Assembly (NCBI GenBank): GCA_041937175.2
Contig: CP166615.1
Location: forward strand, 2,368,001-2,432,000
Direction of reading: 5' to 3'
Origin: Limnothrix sp. BL-A-16
GTDB taxonomy: Bacteria > Cyanobacteriota > Cyanobacteriia > CACIAM-69d
Length of the DNA: 64,000 bases
Below are positions 38,163 to 49,290 of the stretch, piece after piece. Under the pieces are notes generated by a model. That model had not been told where the DNA came from. It searched no databases and saw nothing but the letters and a program-made list of their open reading frames with translations. Position 1 is the first letter of the stretch; each line of letters opens with the position of its first letter. Position numbers and translations under genes: made by a program.

Positions 38163-38395
38163 CAGGTCATTTTTCACCAAGATTGATTGTTCAGGGTGAT
38201 TGGAATTCGGCCTTCGGGAAAAACCAAAATAATACCGACCCAAACTATCTTGGGTCGGCCAGGGATGATTCAGATGATTCAGCAGATCAACCTTTTGCCA
38301 AACCTGTAACCAAACAGGCAAAGGAAAAAGCGTTTAACCCATTGGGGGCTGAATCATCGGAAAGATTCAAGAACCCAAAGGTTCGGAGGTAACAA

Positions 38396-38998
38396 CTAGG
38401 CCGCTTTGGCGAAGTTTTCAGCCACAAAGTCCCAGTTGATCAGCTTGGTGACGAAATCGCTGATGTAGTCAGGACGGCGATTTTGGTAATCCAAATAGTA
38501 GGCATGTTCCCAAACATCCATGGTCAGGAGGGGAGTTTGGCCGGCGGTCATGGGGTTTTCGGCGTTGCCGGTTTTGGTCACCTTGAGCGTGCCGTTATCG
38601 AGCACCAACCAAGCCCAGCCGCTACCGAATTGGGTCGCCCCAGCGGCTTTGAATTGGGTCACGAATTCATCAAAGCTGCCAAAGTCAGCCACAATTTTGT
38701 CCAGCAGCGCGCCGGTCGGTTGGCCGCCGCCGTTGGGCTTAATGCAGTTCCAGTAGAAGCTGTGGTTCCAGGCTTGGGCAGCGTTGTTGAAGATGCCGGC
38801 TTTGGATGCATCACCAGCAATGGCTTTGATTACGTCTTCGATCGGCTGTGCGTCCAGCTCAGTCCCTTCAACGGCCTTGTTGTAGTTGGTAACGTAGGCG
38901 GCGTGGTGCTTGTCGTGGTGGAACTCCAGGGTGTTCTTGCTGATGTAGGGTTCCAGCGCCGTGTAATCGTAGGGCAGGGCAGGAAGTTGGTAAGCCAT
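38396..38998 (-). CDS. sodB: Fe superoxide dismutase
   Basis: HHDKHH, FNNAAQAWNH (Fe-type Gln), QFGSGWAWL, DVWEHAYY. Confidence 0.96.
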   Translation of the reverse strand: MAYQLPALPYDYTALEPYISKNTLEFHHDKHHAAYVTNYNKAVEGTELDAQPIEDVIKAIAGDASKAGIFNNAAQAWNHSFYWNCIKPNGGGQPTGALLDKIVADFGSFDEFVTQFKAAGATQFGSGWAWLVLDNGTLKVTKTGNAENPMTAGQTPLLTMDVWEHAYYLDYQNRRPDYISDFVTKLINWDFVAENFAKAA

Positions 38999-39231
38999 GA
39001 TTGCAGTGCTTTCTCTTGGTGCTTCTCTCGGTTCTTGGCGATTGCACGGTTGTTGGCGGCAGACTGGGGCGATCGCACGCCACCGGCCAGCCGATTAAAA
39101 CAACTTCTGGCGAGCAAAACAGCCGCCCTCTAGGGTATCGCAAAATCTGTGCATCCCGTGCAGGGACAAGTTTGCTGGTTGGTCTTGGCCGATGGGTTGA
39201 AACCGTTCACCGAGCTGGGTCTTGGCTAGGT

Positions 39232-39291
39232 AATGACCCAGCGCAAATGACCCAGCGCAAATGACCCAGCGCAAATGACCCAGCGCAAATG
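39232..39291. repeat. 14-bp tandem repeat (aatgacccagcgca) x4
   Basis: Four exact copies read directly. Confidence 0.95.
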
Positions 39292-39355
39292 GTTCAGCCC
39301 AGTCGATCGGGGTTTTCGAGATCTGGTCTGGGATCTCGAATTTGCGATTTCTTCT

Positions 39356-40897
39356 CTAAGCGGGAATTCCAAACACCTGGGGCACAAAGCTGCCATGCAG
39401 ACCATAAGGAACATGGTGCTTGAGTTTCAACCGAGCCACCAGGGACAGATCCTGAGCCGCCAGGATGATCAGATCGGAGGCGTGGCGCTCGGCATTGTAG
39501 GCCAGCAGCAACACCCAACCATCATCCTCTTGGGTGGCTTGGGGATTAGGGACAAACAGCGGTTCACCGCCAAAAACCCGCGCGCCCAGGTCAAACAGGG
39601 CCCGATCGCCCGTTTGCAAATCCAATTTCAACACCGCTTGCAGGGGTGCATTGCCTTGGGGCGATCGGGCTGCCCCGATGTATAGATAGCGATGTTCATG
39701 GCCCACGGCGTGGGGGTGCAGGCTGGGAAATTCACAGCAACGACTTTCGATGCAGTGCGATTGCACCCGATCGGTGGTCAAGTCCATTTCAAATCGCCAA
39801 AGTTGTCCCTCCGGCAGGCTGCCAAAATCAACCGATCGGAAGTCTGCACCCGGCTCCAGGGTTGGGAACGAGTCATAGCAAACGGAATCGATCGTGATTT
39901 GTTGACCATCGGAGCTTTCAAAGGCGTTGCCGTGGTGAAACACAAAGCAAGGTGGCACATCCAGCACGCGCACCGCCTGGCTCGGATCCCGAGGAATCAG
40001 CAGGGCCCGAGTGGGTTGTTTGGGGTCAAATTCCAGGCATTGCCCCGCCCCTTTGAACCCCAGCATGAAAGGCAGCGGATTAAATTTGACGGGATTTTGG
40101 AAAAAGATGCACCAATGGGGAGTGATGGCAAAATCATGCAAAAAGGCGAATCCCGGCACGCTGCGGGTTTGGCGGCTGGCGAGTTTCCCCGCTTCGTCTA
40201 ATTCATAGATTGTGATGTTGGTGGAAAGGCCGGGCTTCACGGCAAAGTTCACGAAGCGCCGATCGCCCGCCGAGTTGGGACTCATGGCCCAGCGGTTGGC
40301 TCCGGTGTCTGTTTCGGCCGCGCCGGGAACCGTGCCAGGATCAATGCGGGCATGGGCGGCGAAGGCATCGCCGGGCTTCAGCAGGCCATCGATCGAATCC
40401 AGCCCGATCGTCTCCAGGGTTTCTGGATCCAAACGGTGGGGTTCGGCCGCTTCCCACAGGGCCCAGAGTCGATCGGCCCAATACATCACATGGGTGTTGG
40501 CAATATTTTTAATCTTCAGATCCAACAAATTCGCCAGCCAACCGCCGGCCTTTTGCGTACCAAACACGCCGCGATAGAGAATTTTGCCGGCGGCCTGTTC
40601 GGCCAAATAGCCTTCGGTGCGCACAAACCGATTGCGAAAATGGGCGCGGCCGTTTTGGAAGGTAATTTGGCAAATCATCCCATCCCCATCAAAGGGATGT
40701 CCGATCGGCTCGCCAGCCACATCCAGCAGGCCGGGGCCATTGCGAAACAGCGTGCCGGTGAGGTTATGGGGAATTTCCCCTTCAATGTCATCAATCCAGG
40801 TCTCAAATTCTTGGGGTTGAGATTCATAGCCCCGCTGCCAGTCCGCGAGACTATAGGACACTGGTTTTGATGAGGTTTTCGTTTCAAGGCTTTGCAT
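39356..40897 (-). CDS. Carotenoid cleavage oxygenase (apocarotenoid oxygenase family)
   Basis: RNGPG, HPFDGDGM, four Fe-binding His (AHA, LHDF, FHH, GLHG), EFPS, EDDGW. Confidence 0.93.
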   Translation of the reverse strand: MQSLETKTSSKPVSYSLADWQRGYESQPQEFETWIDDIEGEIPHNLTGTLFRNGPGLLDVAGEPIGHPFDGDGMICQITFQNGRAHFRNRFVRTEGYLAEQAAGKILYRGVFGTQKAGGWLANLLDLKIKNIANTHVMYWADRLWALWEAAEPHRLDPETLETIGLDSIDGLLKPGDAFAAHARIDPGTVPGAAETDTGANRWAMSPNSAGDRRFVNFAVKPGLSTNITIYELDEAGKLASRQTRSVPGFAFLHDFAITPHWCIFFQNPVKFNPLPFMLGFKGAGQCLEFDPKQPTRALLIPRDPSQAVRVLDVPPCFVFHHGNAFESSDGQQITIDSVCYDSFPTLEPGADFRSVDFGSLPEGQLWRFEMDLTTDRVQSHCIESRCCEFPSLHPHAVGHEHRYLYIGAARSPQGNAPLQAVLKLDLQTGDRALFDLGARVFGGEPLFVPNPQATQEDDGWVLLLAYNAERHASDLIILAAQDLSLVARLKLKHHVPYGLHGSFVPQVFGIPA

Positions 40898-41746
40898 GGA
40901 TCGCGATCAAATCGAGTTGGGTGGCGGTTGCAAAAGACCCGATCGGGCGACCAATTTCGGAGCGATCGCGGCCCATGGGTGACCGCAATGCACAATTACA
41001 ATGCACAATCACCCAGGGCGATCGTTCCAATGCCCAATCCGTCAGGCTTGCTTCTCTAGTCTAATGGTCTGTCTTGTCTGGAACCGCGCAGAACCGGCAA
41101 TTCTCGGGCAATTAACCCCTATTGGTGCAAATCGCGATCAAATAAATTTTGTTGCAGGTCAAAATTGATCTTTTAGGCATTCCAGATGTTTATTAAAGAT
41201 TTTTAGGTGTTTTTTTGTTTCCTTTGCTTGGTCTTTGTCTTGATCTAATTATTCAAATTCAACCATTTTGATTTGATTTTGATTTGATTTTTATCAATTT
41301 ATTTTCATGAGCTTTTATGAGTTTTGATAATCAGATTTTAATCATAAACTAGATTAAATTAGTCAATTTTCAAAAACAATCAAGGCAATGATTAAGTTGT
41401 TTTTTGATTTAGCAAATGACTTCGATCATGAATCTTAGTCGATACTGTTCAGCATTTGGTGCTGATCTTTCAGATAGCTATGGGCAGGGGGTGAGTTAGT
41501 TATCATTCTTGGGGATCGTTGCGATCGCCCATGACAATTATTCATCCCCAGTATTTATTGATTGATCAATCTTTTTGGGGTTTCCGGGATTTGTCCCAAC
41601 TTTCCTGATTCTTAGAAATCATTTGGAGAGCAGAGAGCACAATTCCTGAACCTAAAAATCAGGGAGCAAAGTGGCTGTCCTTCAGGTTTGAGCTTCAAGA
41701 AACATCAGCCGCTTTGGCCCTGATAGAAAAGACAATAGCCTCTTCA

Positions 41747-42136
41747 TCAAGCAAGGGTTGCAGGGCAGTAACCCAAACCAGCAATAAATTGCTTGCAGAA
41801 TTCCTCTATTTCTTCCTTGTCCGGGCGACCGTGGGAAATGACGGCTACCTGATGACGTTCCATGACGGAAATAGGAGATTGACCCAATTCAAGACTCCAG
41901 AGCACAACTTTGAGCTGCGGCGAGGGCAAGTAAGGCGAGCCTAATTCTTGCAAAAAGGCTTGTAAATCGAGATGAGCTTTGGAAATGAGCGGCGAAAACA
42001 ACTTGAGACGCAAAATCCATCCGTCAATCTGATGGAGAACGGTGACAAATTGCAGGGAGGAGCGCCAGGAGGTGCTGACATGCTCGATCGCTCGGAGCGT
42101 TAGACTGGCGTTGGCGAAGCGGTAGAGGTATTCCAT
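41747..42136 (-). CDS. Conserved cyanobacterial hypothetical protein
   Basis: MEYLYRFANASLTLR, TVLHQIDGW, SHGRP..EEI..F..GLGYCP resemble a conserved cyanobacterial family. Confidence 0.75.
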   Translation of the reverse strand: MEYLYRFANASLTLRAIEHVSTSWRSSLQFVTVLHQIDGWILRLKLFSPLISKAHLDLQAFLQELGSPYLPSPQLKVVLWSLELGQSPISVMERHQVAVISHGRPDKEEIEEFCKQFIAGLGYCPATLA

Positions 42137-42247
42137 GGCCCGAGCTTGGATTTCCAAGCGATCGATACATTTAATATTCTCTCAAGATTTACGTTTCTTG
42201 ACTTAAAATCTTAAGCGATTCTTACAAAACGTGACTATTCCCTTTTT

Positions 42248-43393
42248 ATGGGATACATCAACGACCTAGATCGATCGCTGGATGGCTATCACTACGAGCT
42301 ACCCAATGATCGAATTGCCCAAAATCCGCGAGAACCCCGCGATCGATCGCGATTGCTGGTGGCCACCTCGCCCCACGAGATTGTGCACCAACAGTTTTGC
42401 GATTTGCCGGAATTCTTAAGACCCGGCGATCTGTTGGTGATGAATGATTCTTCTGTGATTCCAGCTCGGCTCCATGGCCACAAGGCCAGTGGGGCGGCGG
42501 TGGAAGTGCTGTTGCTGGAAGCGCGATCGCCCGATCGCTGGCTGGCCCTGGTGCGGCCCGGCAAGCGACTGCTGGTGGGAACTCAAATTGAATTTGACCC
42601 ACCGCCTGGCGCGGCGCAGACAAACCCGGCAGCCCCCAAGCTATCTGCTGAAGTGGTGGCCGTTGACCGGAACACGGGGGGCCGCCTACTGCGATTTCAG
42701 TTGCCGCCAGGGGTCAACTCCCTGCTAGAAATTCTGGATGCTTGGGGCGAAATGCCGCTGCCGCCCTACATTACCGATTCAGCGGCCCCACCCGATCGCT
42801 ACCAAACGGTTTATGCTCGCGATCCCGGCTCGGCGGCGGCTCCCACGGCCGGCCTGCACTTCACCCCGGAATTACTCGATCGCCTGAGTGCCGCTGGTGT
42901 GGGGCGGGCTTTCGTGACGCTGCATGTGGGCGTGGGAACGTTTCGGCCCGTGGCCAGCCCAGACATCACCGCCCACAAAATGCATGAGGAATGGGCCCTG
43001 CTGTCGGAGGAGGTGGCCGAAAAAATTCGGACGACTCGGGCCAATGGCGGTCGGGTGTTTGCGGTGGGCACAACGGCGGTGCGAACCCTGGAGTCCGCCG
43101 CCCGCCATGGCCAAGTGGAAGCGTTTTGCGGCAAAACAGATCTGTTTATTTATCCCGGCTATCAATGGCGGGTGGTGGATGGTCTGATCACCAATTTCCA
43201 CTTACCCCGATCAAGCTTGATGATGCTGGTGGGGGCTTTCGTGGGGCGGGCCCGTCTCTTGGAGCTATACCAGGCCGCCTTGGATGCGCCAGCGGATCCC
43301 TACCCCGATCGCTACCGGTTCTATTCCTTTGGAGATGCAATGTTGCTGCTGCCGGATGCTTGCATCGCCCCCCGTTTCGAGAGAAAGGAATAA
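42248..43393 (+). CDS. queA: S-adenosylmethionine:tRNA ribosyltransferase-isomerase
   Basis: PLPPYI, YQTVYA, AAPTAGLHFT, TLHVGVGTF, AVGTT, TNFHLP, YRFYSFGDAM. Confidence 0.97.
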   Translation: MGYINDLDRSLDGYHYELPNDRIAQNPREPRDRSRLLVATSPHEIVHQQFCDLPEFLRPGDLLVMNDSSVIPARLHGHKASGAAVEVLLLEARSPDRWLALVRPGKRLLVGTQIEFDPPPGAAQTNPAAPKLSAEVVAVDRNTGGRLLRFQLPPGVNSLLEILDAWGEMPLPPYITDSAAPPDRYQTVYARDPGSAAAPTAGLHFTPELLDRLSAAGVGRAFVTLHVGVGTFRPVASPDITAHKMHEEWALLSEEVAEKIRTTRANGGRVFAVGTTAVRTLESAARHGQVEAFCGKTDLFIYPGYQWRVVDGLITNFHLPRSSLMMLVGAFVGRARLLELYQAALDAPADPYPDRYRFYSFGDAMLLLPDACIAPRFERKE

Positions 43394-43878
43394 TCAGCGG
43401 TAGACTGGTGGCAAGACCAGTCCAGATTCGGCAGCCATCTCCTCATTCCATTCCAATCTCTGCCTGAGCCGGTTTTTCTCCAACGCCCTGTCAATTCGTT
43501 TGTTTTCCCATTCCTTGTAAACCTAGGGATTCCCGGCCAAAATCTCCTTCCAAATCCCTAGGCACATCGAAATCTCAGGCCCAAATCTTCAGGAAAGTGG
43601 GTTGCAAATCCATCAGGATTCGCCTCCGTACTCCTTGGAAAGATCCAGAGAATCCAGCGCATAACTTACCGGATCGCCACTGATCGCCACACACCATGCC
43701 ATCGCTTCTTTTAAATAGCCTGCCTGCAACTGAGAGGAGGGTTTCAACGGCCCGGGCGATCGCCCAACTCAGGGATAGACGGCTGGTACAAAACGTAATA
43801 GAATCCAGCTCGACTGTCACCGGTACAGTCATTTTTGGCGAAGCAACTTCAGTTCCTGACCTTGTGGGGGCTTAAAAC

Positions 43879-44919
43879 GTGGGTCTTTTTAATGGCTTCT
43901 CCTTGTCTCGGGATATGGGCATCGACCTCGGGACGGCCAATACCTTGGTGTATGTGTCCGGCAAGGGCATCGTGCTCCAAGAGCCGTCCGTCGTGGCGAT
44001 CGATCAAGACAAGCGAGTCCCCCTAGCGGTTGGCGAAGATGCCAAAAAGATGTTGGGTCGAACGCCCGGCAACGTCATGGCCCTGCGGCCCCTGCGTGAC
44101 GGGGTAATCGCCGACTTCGACACAGCGGAGTTGATGCTGAAGCACTTCATTCGGCGCGTCAACGAAGGCAAAGCCCTGGTGCCGCCCCGGATCGTGATCG
44201 GAATTCCGAGCGGCGTGACCGGCGTGGAGCGGCGAGCCGTCATGGAAGCGGCACATCAAGCCGGAGCCAGAGACGTTTACTTGATTGATGAACCGGTCGC
44301 AGCGGCGATCGGGGCCGGTCTGCCCGTGGCGGAACCCACCGGCAACATGATCGTAGACATCGGCGGCGGCACAACTGAAGTTGCCGTTCTCAGCTTGCAG
44401 GGGACGGTGTTGAGCGAATCCGTGCGCGTGGCGGGCGATGAACTCAGCGAATCCATCACCCAATACATGAAAAAAGTCCACAACCTCGTCATTGGGGAGC
44501 GGACGGCGGAAGAAGTCAAAATCCAAATTGGCTCTGCCTACCCCAGCAACGAAGATGACGTGGTGTTGGAAGTGCGCGGACTGCACCTCCTGTCCGGTCT
44601 ACCTTGCACCGTTGCCGTCAAACAGGGCGAAGTGCGCGAAAGCATGTCGGAGCCGCTGTCGGTGATTGTGGAAGCCGTGAAGCGGACTTTGGAACGAACC
44701 CCGCCCGAGTTGGCCTCAGACATCATCGATCGGGGGATTATGCTAGCGGGCGGCGGCGCGCTGCTCAAGGGCCTAGACACCCTGATCAGCCATGAAACGG
44801 GCATTGTGGTTCACGTGGCTCCCGATCCCCTGAGCTGCGTGGTGCTGGGTACCGGTCGTGTTCTCGAAAACTTCAAACAATTAGAGCGGGTCTTTAGTGG
44901 CAGCTCGCGTAATCTCTAA
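43879..44919 (+). CDS. mreB: Rod shape-determining protein MreB
   Basis: GIDLGTANT, EPSVVA, RPLRDGVIADF, VDIGGGTTEVA. Confidence 0.98.
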   Translation: MGLFNGFSLSRDMGIDLGTANTLVYVSGKGIVLQEPSVVAIDQDKRVPLAVGEDAKKMLGRTPGNVMALRPLRDGVIADFDTAELMLKHFIRRVNEGKALVPPRIVIGIPSGVTGVERRAVMEAAHQAGARDVYLIDEPVAAAIGAGLPVAEPTGNMIVDIGGGTTEVAVLSLQGTVLSESVRVAGDELSESITQYMKKVHNLVIGERTAEEVKIQIGSAYPSNEDDVVLEVRGLHLLSGLPCTVAVKQGEVRESMSEPLSVIVEAVKRTLERTPPELASDIIDRGIMLAGGGALLKGLDTLISHETGIVVHVAPDPLSCVVLGTGRVLENFKQLERVFSGSSRNL

Positions 44920-45319
44920 GACCGACTGAAGCACCTGACCTCCGCTAAGGTGGAGGCGCAGTTCAAGCCTGCGTTGCATTGCTTGCCTCTGCGTTGCATC
45001 GTTGTTTGAGTTCGGTTTGCATTCAGCCTGAGCCTGCACTGTTCCGCTTTCATGGTTCAGTCTGCACTGCTCAGCCTGCACTGCACCGATCTTGGCTGAC
45101 CCCGATTCACCGTTTCCTTAACCGGTATCGATTGGCCCTTACCAACCACCGTTCGTCATGGCCAATCACGGGTCGCCCATCTTGGTTAGACGGGAGTAGC
45201 CCGGAATGCATCACCGCAAGTCCTGGAGCCAACCCGCCAACAAACCCCCTAGTTTCAGGATTAATCAGCAACTTTCGTGGGCAAGCAAGCCACTCAATTT
45301 CTAGAACGGAGCGCTGGTC

Positions 45320-46189
45320 GTGTATGACGTTCGACGATGGTGGGGGCGCAATTGGCTAAAGGCAGTCCTAGCCGTCGCTGCACTGGGCTTAGCCCTTGGT
45401 GTGCGACAGAGCCGGGCCGGTTTTTTGGTGGAAGCCTACCGGGCCTTGACGTTGCCCCTACACCTGGGAGCACCTTCTCAAAGTGACCTCGCGGATGCCC
45501 GAGTCCGTGAACTTCAGCAGCGGCTTGAGGAGGTGGAGAGCCGCAATGCTCAGTTGCAAACCCTGCTGAATTACCGTAAAACCCTGCCCGTGGAGGGCAT
45601 TGCATCGCCCGTCATTGGCCGCAGTGCCGATCGCTGGTGGCAACAAATCACCTTGGGCCGCGGCACAGCCGATGGCATTCAACAGGGGGCGATCGTGATG
45701 GCTCCTGGGGGCGTGGTGGGCCGGGTCACGGCGGTGACTCCCCACACCAGCCGGGTGCTGTTGGTTAGCGATCCCGGCAGCCGCATTGGCATCTCGGTGA
45801 CCCGATCGCGCTATATGGGTTATCTCCGGGGCAAGAGCGATCGCACGGCCACGGTGGAATTTTTTGACAAGTTGCCCGATGTGAAGCCAGGCGACGCGAT
45901 CGTCACCTCTGCCTACAGTCAATTCTTCCCGGCGGGCTTGCCGATCGGGCGCATCGTCGCGATCGACACCAAGAAATCCCTCGCCCCGGAAGCGGTGGTG
46001 GAGCTATCCGCTCCCCTGAGCACGTTGGAATGGGTGACAGTCTTGCCCCATAGCCCAGAACTCTTTCAGCAGTTCCAGGAACCCGCCCCCGTAACGCCTA
46101 GCGGATCGGGAAACCCCAAGGCTAACCCCAATTCTGGAACCAACCCAGCACCCAAGCCCCCCGCAACACCCCGCGCAGCCACGAACTAA
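45320..46189 (+). CDS. mreC: Rod shape-determining protein MreC
   Basis: N-terminal TM, coiled coil, GVVGRV, GDAIVTS, FPAGLPIG; follows mreB. Confidence 0.93.
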   Translation: MYDVRRWWGRNWLKAVLAVAALGLALGVRQSRAGFLVEAYRALTLPLHLGAPSQSDLADARVRELQQRLEEVESRNAQLQTLLNYRKTLPVEGIASPVIGRSADRWWQQITLGRGTADGIQQGAIVMAPGGVVGRVTAVTPHTSRVLLVSDPGSRIGISVTRSRYMGYLRGKSDRTATVEFFDKLPDVKPGDAIVTSAYSQFFPAGLPIGRIVAIDTKKSLAPEAVVELSAPLSTLEWVTVLPHSPELFQQFQEPAPVTPSGSGNPKANPNSGTNPAPKPPATPRAATN

Positions 46190-46243
46190 CCCACCCTTGA
46201 TTAGCCCACCATTGATTCGATCGGCATAGTTGCCGTCTAGGCC

Positions 46244-46816
46244 TTGAACGGAATCAAGCAAAAACCCCAACTACGCGATATTCTCGATCGCTATCCTGTG
46301 CTGGTGCAGGTGGCGATTAACGTTGCCGTTTCAGCCGGCTCATTGTTGCTTTGCGCCACCCTCACGCCGCTGCGGTTACCGGGTCTGGAACTGCTGGGGG
46401 TGGGCGTTGACTGGCCCCTAATTTGGGTTGTGAGCTGGAGTGTCGGTCGTCCCTGGTGGGTGGCCATCTTTGGCGGTGTGGTGGCGGGCCTGCTTCAGGA
46501 TGGGATGACGGAGTTTTGGCCCAGCCATGTTTGGGGGCTGGCTCTGGTGGCGCTGCTAACGGCCCGCATCCACCAACGCGCCAACACCACAGCCTGGGTG
46601 ATGATTCCCCTAACCACTTTTGTTTTGGTGGCAGTTTCAGAAACGACGATGGCGGCCCAATTTGCCTATCTCTACGGTCGCGATGCGGGTGATGTGTGGG
46701 CGCTTCATCAAAAGGTCACCCTTTGTTCGGCCATTCTTAGCAGTCTGTGGTCTCCGGTGGTGTCCTGGCCCCTGGGGCGTTGGTGGCGGATGATGGAATC
46801 CTTGGGCAATCGTTAA
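46244..46816 (+). CDS. mreD: Rod shape-determining protein MreD
   Basis: Hydrophobic; W.LIWVVSWS, GLLQDGMT; synteny with mreBC. Confidence 0.88.
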   Translation: MNGIKQKPQLRDILDRYPVLVQVAINVAVSAGSLLLCATLTPLRLPGLELLGVGVDWPLIWVVSWSVGRPWWVAIFGGVVAGLLQDGMTEFWPSHVWGLALVALLTARIHQRANTTAWVMIPLTTFVLVAVSETTMAAQFAYLYGRDAGDVWALHQKVTLCSAILSSLWSPVVSWPLGRWWRMMESLGNR

Positions 46817-46920
46817 AACCCCAACCTTCTCCCTGAGAATTTCCCCTTCTTTAAGCACCCCCGCTTCAAGCAACCCTTCTACAATCAATCCTAGAAAGCA
46901 ATCAACCATAGATCCCGGTC

Positions 46921-47874
46921 TTGCCCCTGCCTGTGTTTATCAGCGTCATCATTCCAACTTATAACCGCTTGCCCATCCTCCAAAAGTGCCTGCTGGCCAT
47001 GGAGGATCAGCGGTGGCATGGCCCCAACCTGATCGAGGGCTATGAAATCGTGGTGGTGGATGATGGCTCGACGGATGGCACAGTGGCTTGGCTGTCGGAG
47101 TCGCGCGATCGCCTGCCCCATGTGCGCTTAATCGAGCAGGATCATGGCGGCCCCGCTGCGGCCCGGAATCGCGGCTTGCGGGCGGCCAAAGGAGATACGA
47201 TCGTCTTCATTGACAGCGATTTGGTGGTGCTGGAGGATTTTTTGCAGTGCCATGCCCAAGCGCTGACGGCGGCTCAGACCCGATCGGGTAGTGATGCCTA
47301 TTTCACCTACGGGCGGGTGGTGAACACTTGCAACTTTGACGATCCCACCGCTGAACCCTTCAAGATCACGGATCTTTCCCGTGCGTTTTTTGCGACGGGA
47401 AATGTGGCGATCGCGAAACATTGGCTCGATCGCGCGGGGGCCTTTGATGAGCGCTTTACCCTCTATGGCTGGGAAGATTTGGAATTGGGGGTGCGGCTGA
47501 AGGCCTTGGGCCTGCGCCTCATTCCCTGTCCGGAAGCCGTGGGCTATCACTGGCATCCTCCCTTCAGCCTCGATGAGATCCCGGGGCTGATTCGGCGGGA
47601 AATGGAACGGGGCCGAATGGGCATTGAGTTCTATCGCAAGCACCCCACCTGGAATGTGCGCTTGATGATTCAAATGACCTGGCTGCATGTGGCCCTGTGG
47701 GGGTTGCTGTCCTTGGGCGGCCACTTAAACGAGCGCACGCTGCGTCCCCTCTTGCAGTGGTTGATCGATCGGGGTCGGCCGCAACTGGCTCTGGAGGTGG
47801 CTCGGGTTTTCCTGAACTGGTACAACGTGCAGGCGGTTTATCGGGCCCGATCGGGCGTGGAAGTTGCCCCCTAA
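46921..47874 (+). CDS. Glycosyltransferase family 2
   Basis: SVIIPTYNR, VVDDGSTD, GPAAARN, FIDSD, YGWEDLELG. Confidence 0.9.
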   Translation: MPLPVFISVIIPTYNRLPILQKCLLAMEDQRWHGPNLIEGYEIVVVDDGSTDGTVAWLSESRDRLPHVRLIEQDHGGPAAARNRGLRAAKGDTIVFIDSDLVVLEDFLQCHAQALTAAQTRSGSDAYFTYGRVVNTCNFDDPTAEPFKITDLSRAFFATGNVAIAKHWLDRAGAFDERFTLYGWEDLELGVRLKALGLRLIPCPEAVGYHWHPPFSLDEIPGLIRREMERGRMGIEFYRKHPTWNVRLMIQMTWLHVALWGLLSLGGHLNERTLRPLLQWLIDRGRPQLALEVARVFLNWYNVQAVYRARSGVEVAP

Positions 47875-48033
47875 CGCCAGAAATTGCCAAGCGGCAAAAC
47901 CGCAGCGACCAGGGAAATTCGTCTGGAATTCGCCATTTTTTTGGAGTCGGTCTGGATCCGCAAGATCCGCGATCGCCCATATCATAGGAAACGCCCCGTT
48001 GAAACCACCCCTTGGGTCAGCTTTCGTCGCGCC

Positions 48034-49122
48034 ATGAGCAACGCCACCCTCCATTCCAAAGTCGCCGTCGGTTTGTCCGGTGGAGTCGATAGTTCAACCA
48101 CGGCCGTGTTGCTGAAAGAGCAGGGGTTTGAAGTCCTGGGTGTCACCCTTTGGTTGATGCGCGGCAAGGGCCAATGCTGCTCGGAAGGCATGGTGGACGC
48201 GGCCCAACTCTGCGAAAAATTGGGCATTACCCACCATGTGGTGGATATTCGCGACACCTTTGAAAGCTACATCATTGATTATTTGGTGGATGGCTACCAA
48301 AGCGGCACCACGCCGCTACCCTGTTCCCAATGCAACAAGGCGGTGAAGTTTGGCCCCATGTTGCGTTACGCCCGTGAGGAGTTGGGAGCCGATCGCATTG
48401 CCACCGGTCACTATGCCCGCACGGCCTACGACCCGGATCAAGGGCGTTATCAATTGCTGCGGGCGCTCGATCGCAACAAGGATCAATCCTATTTCCTCTA
48501 CGACCTGGATCAGGATGTGTTGGGCGCGGTACTTTTTCCCCTGGGGGAATATGACAAGGCCCAAACCCGAGAATTTGCCCGCAAGTTTGGGCTGCATGTG
48601 GCCGACAAGCCCGAAAGCCAAGACCTGTGCCTGATTGAGGCCCATGGTTCCATGCAGGCTTTCCTTGACAAATACATCACCCCCAAGGCGGGCGAGATTG
48701 TGGATCTCGATGGCAAGGTGTTGGGCCAACACGAAGGCATTCATCACTACACGATCGGGCAGCGCAAGGGCATTGGCGTTTCAGCGCCGGAACCGCTTTA
48801 CGTGGTGGCGCTGGATGCGGTGCGCAATCGAGTGGTGGTGGCCACGCGCGATCGGGCCACCCGCCCCAGTTGCACCGTCAGCCGGGTGAATTGGGTGTCG
48901 ATCGCCCCGCCCAGCACCCCCATTCACGCGGAGGTGCAAATTCGCTACCGATCGCCCGCCGTGCCGGTCACGATCGTGCCCTTAGAGGGGGGCGATCGGG
49001 TAAAGCTGGTCTTTGATGAGCCACAATTCAGCGTCACACCGGGTCAAGCGGCCGTTTGGTATCGGGGTGAAGTGTTGCTCGGCGGCGGGATCATCGATCG
49101 CTTCGAGGACGCAGCCAGCTAA
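48034..49122 (+). CDS. mnmA: tRNA 2-thiouridylase MnmA (ORF open from 47884)
   Basis: [49 protein letters not shown]. Confidence 0.97.
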   Translation: MSNATLHSKVAVGLSGGVDSSTTAVLLKEQGFEVLGVTLWLMRGKGQCCSEGMVDAAQLCEKLGITHHVVDIRDTFESYIIDYLVDGYQSGTTPLPCSQCNKAVKFGPMLRYAREELGADRIATGHYARTAYDPDQGRYQLLRALDRNKDQSYFLYDLDQDVLGAVLFPLGEYDKAQTREFARKFGLHVADKPESQDLCLIEAHGSMQAFLDKYITPKAGEIVDLDGKVLGQHEGIHHYTIGQRKGIGVSAPEPLYVVALDAVRNRVVVATRDRATRPSCTVSRVNWVSIAPPSTPIHAEVQIRYRSPAVPVTIVPLEGGDRVKLVFDEPQFSVTPGQAAVWYRGEVLLGGGIIDRFEDAAS

Positions 49123-49290
49123 AGCGCCGGTTAAGCAAGCTTAAGGCTGACTTCAAGCTCAGGCTAACCGCCAGCTAAGAACGGCTGATGGATGTGTTCC
49201 AGGATTCCATCTCGCCATTGGTGTCGATCGTCCAAGGCCAGGCGTTAGGATAGCAGGAGTCGCCGTTCCCGATCGAGCCTGATCAGAGCC

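Noticed and set aside
39232..39291. CRISPR or iteron array
   Set aside because: Simple 14-bp tandem repeat with no spacers and no rep gene
41100..41700. Replication origin
   Set aside because: AT-rich, but no cluster of TT(A/T)TCCACA-like DnaA boxes and no dnaA/dnaN nearby
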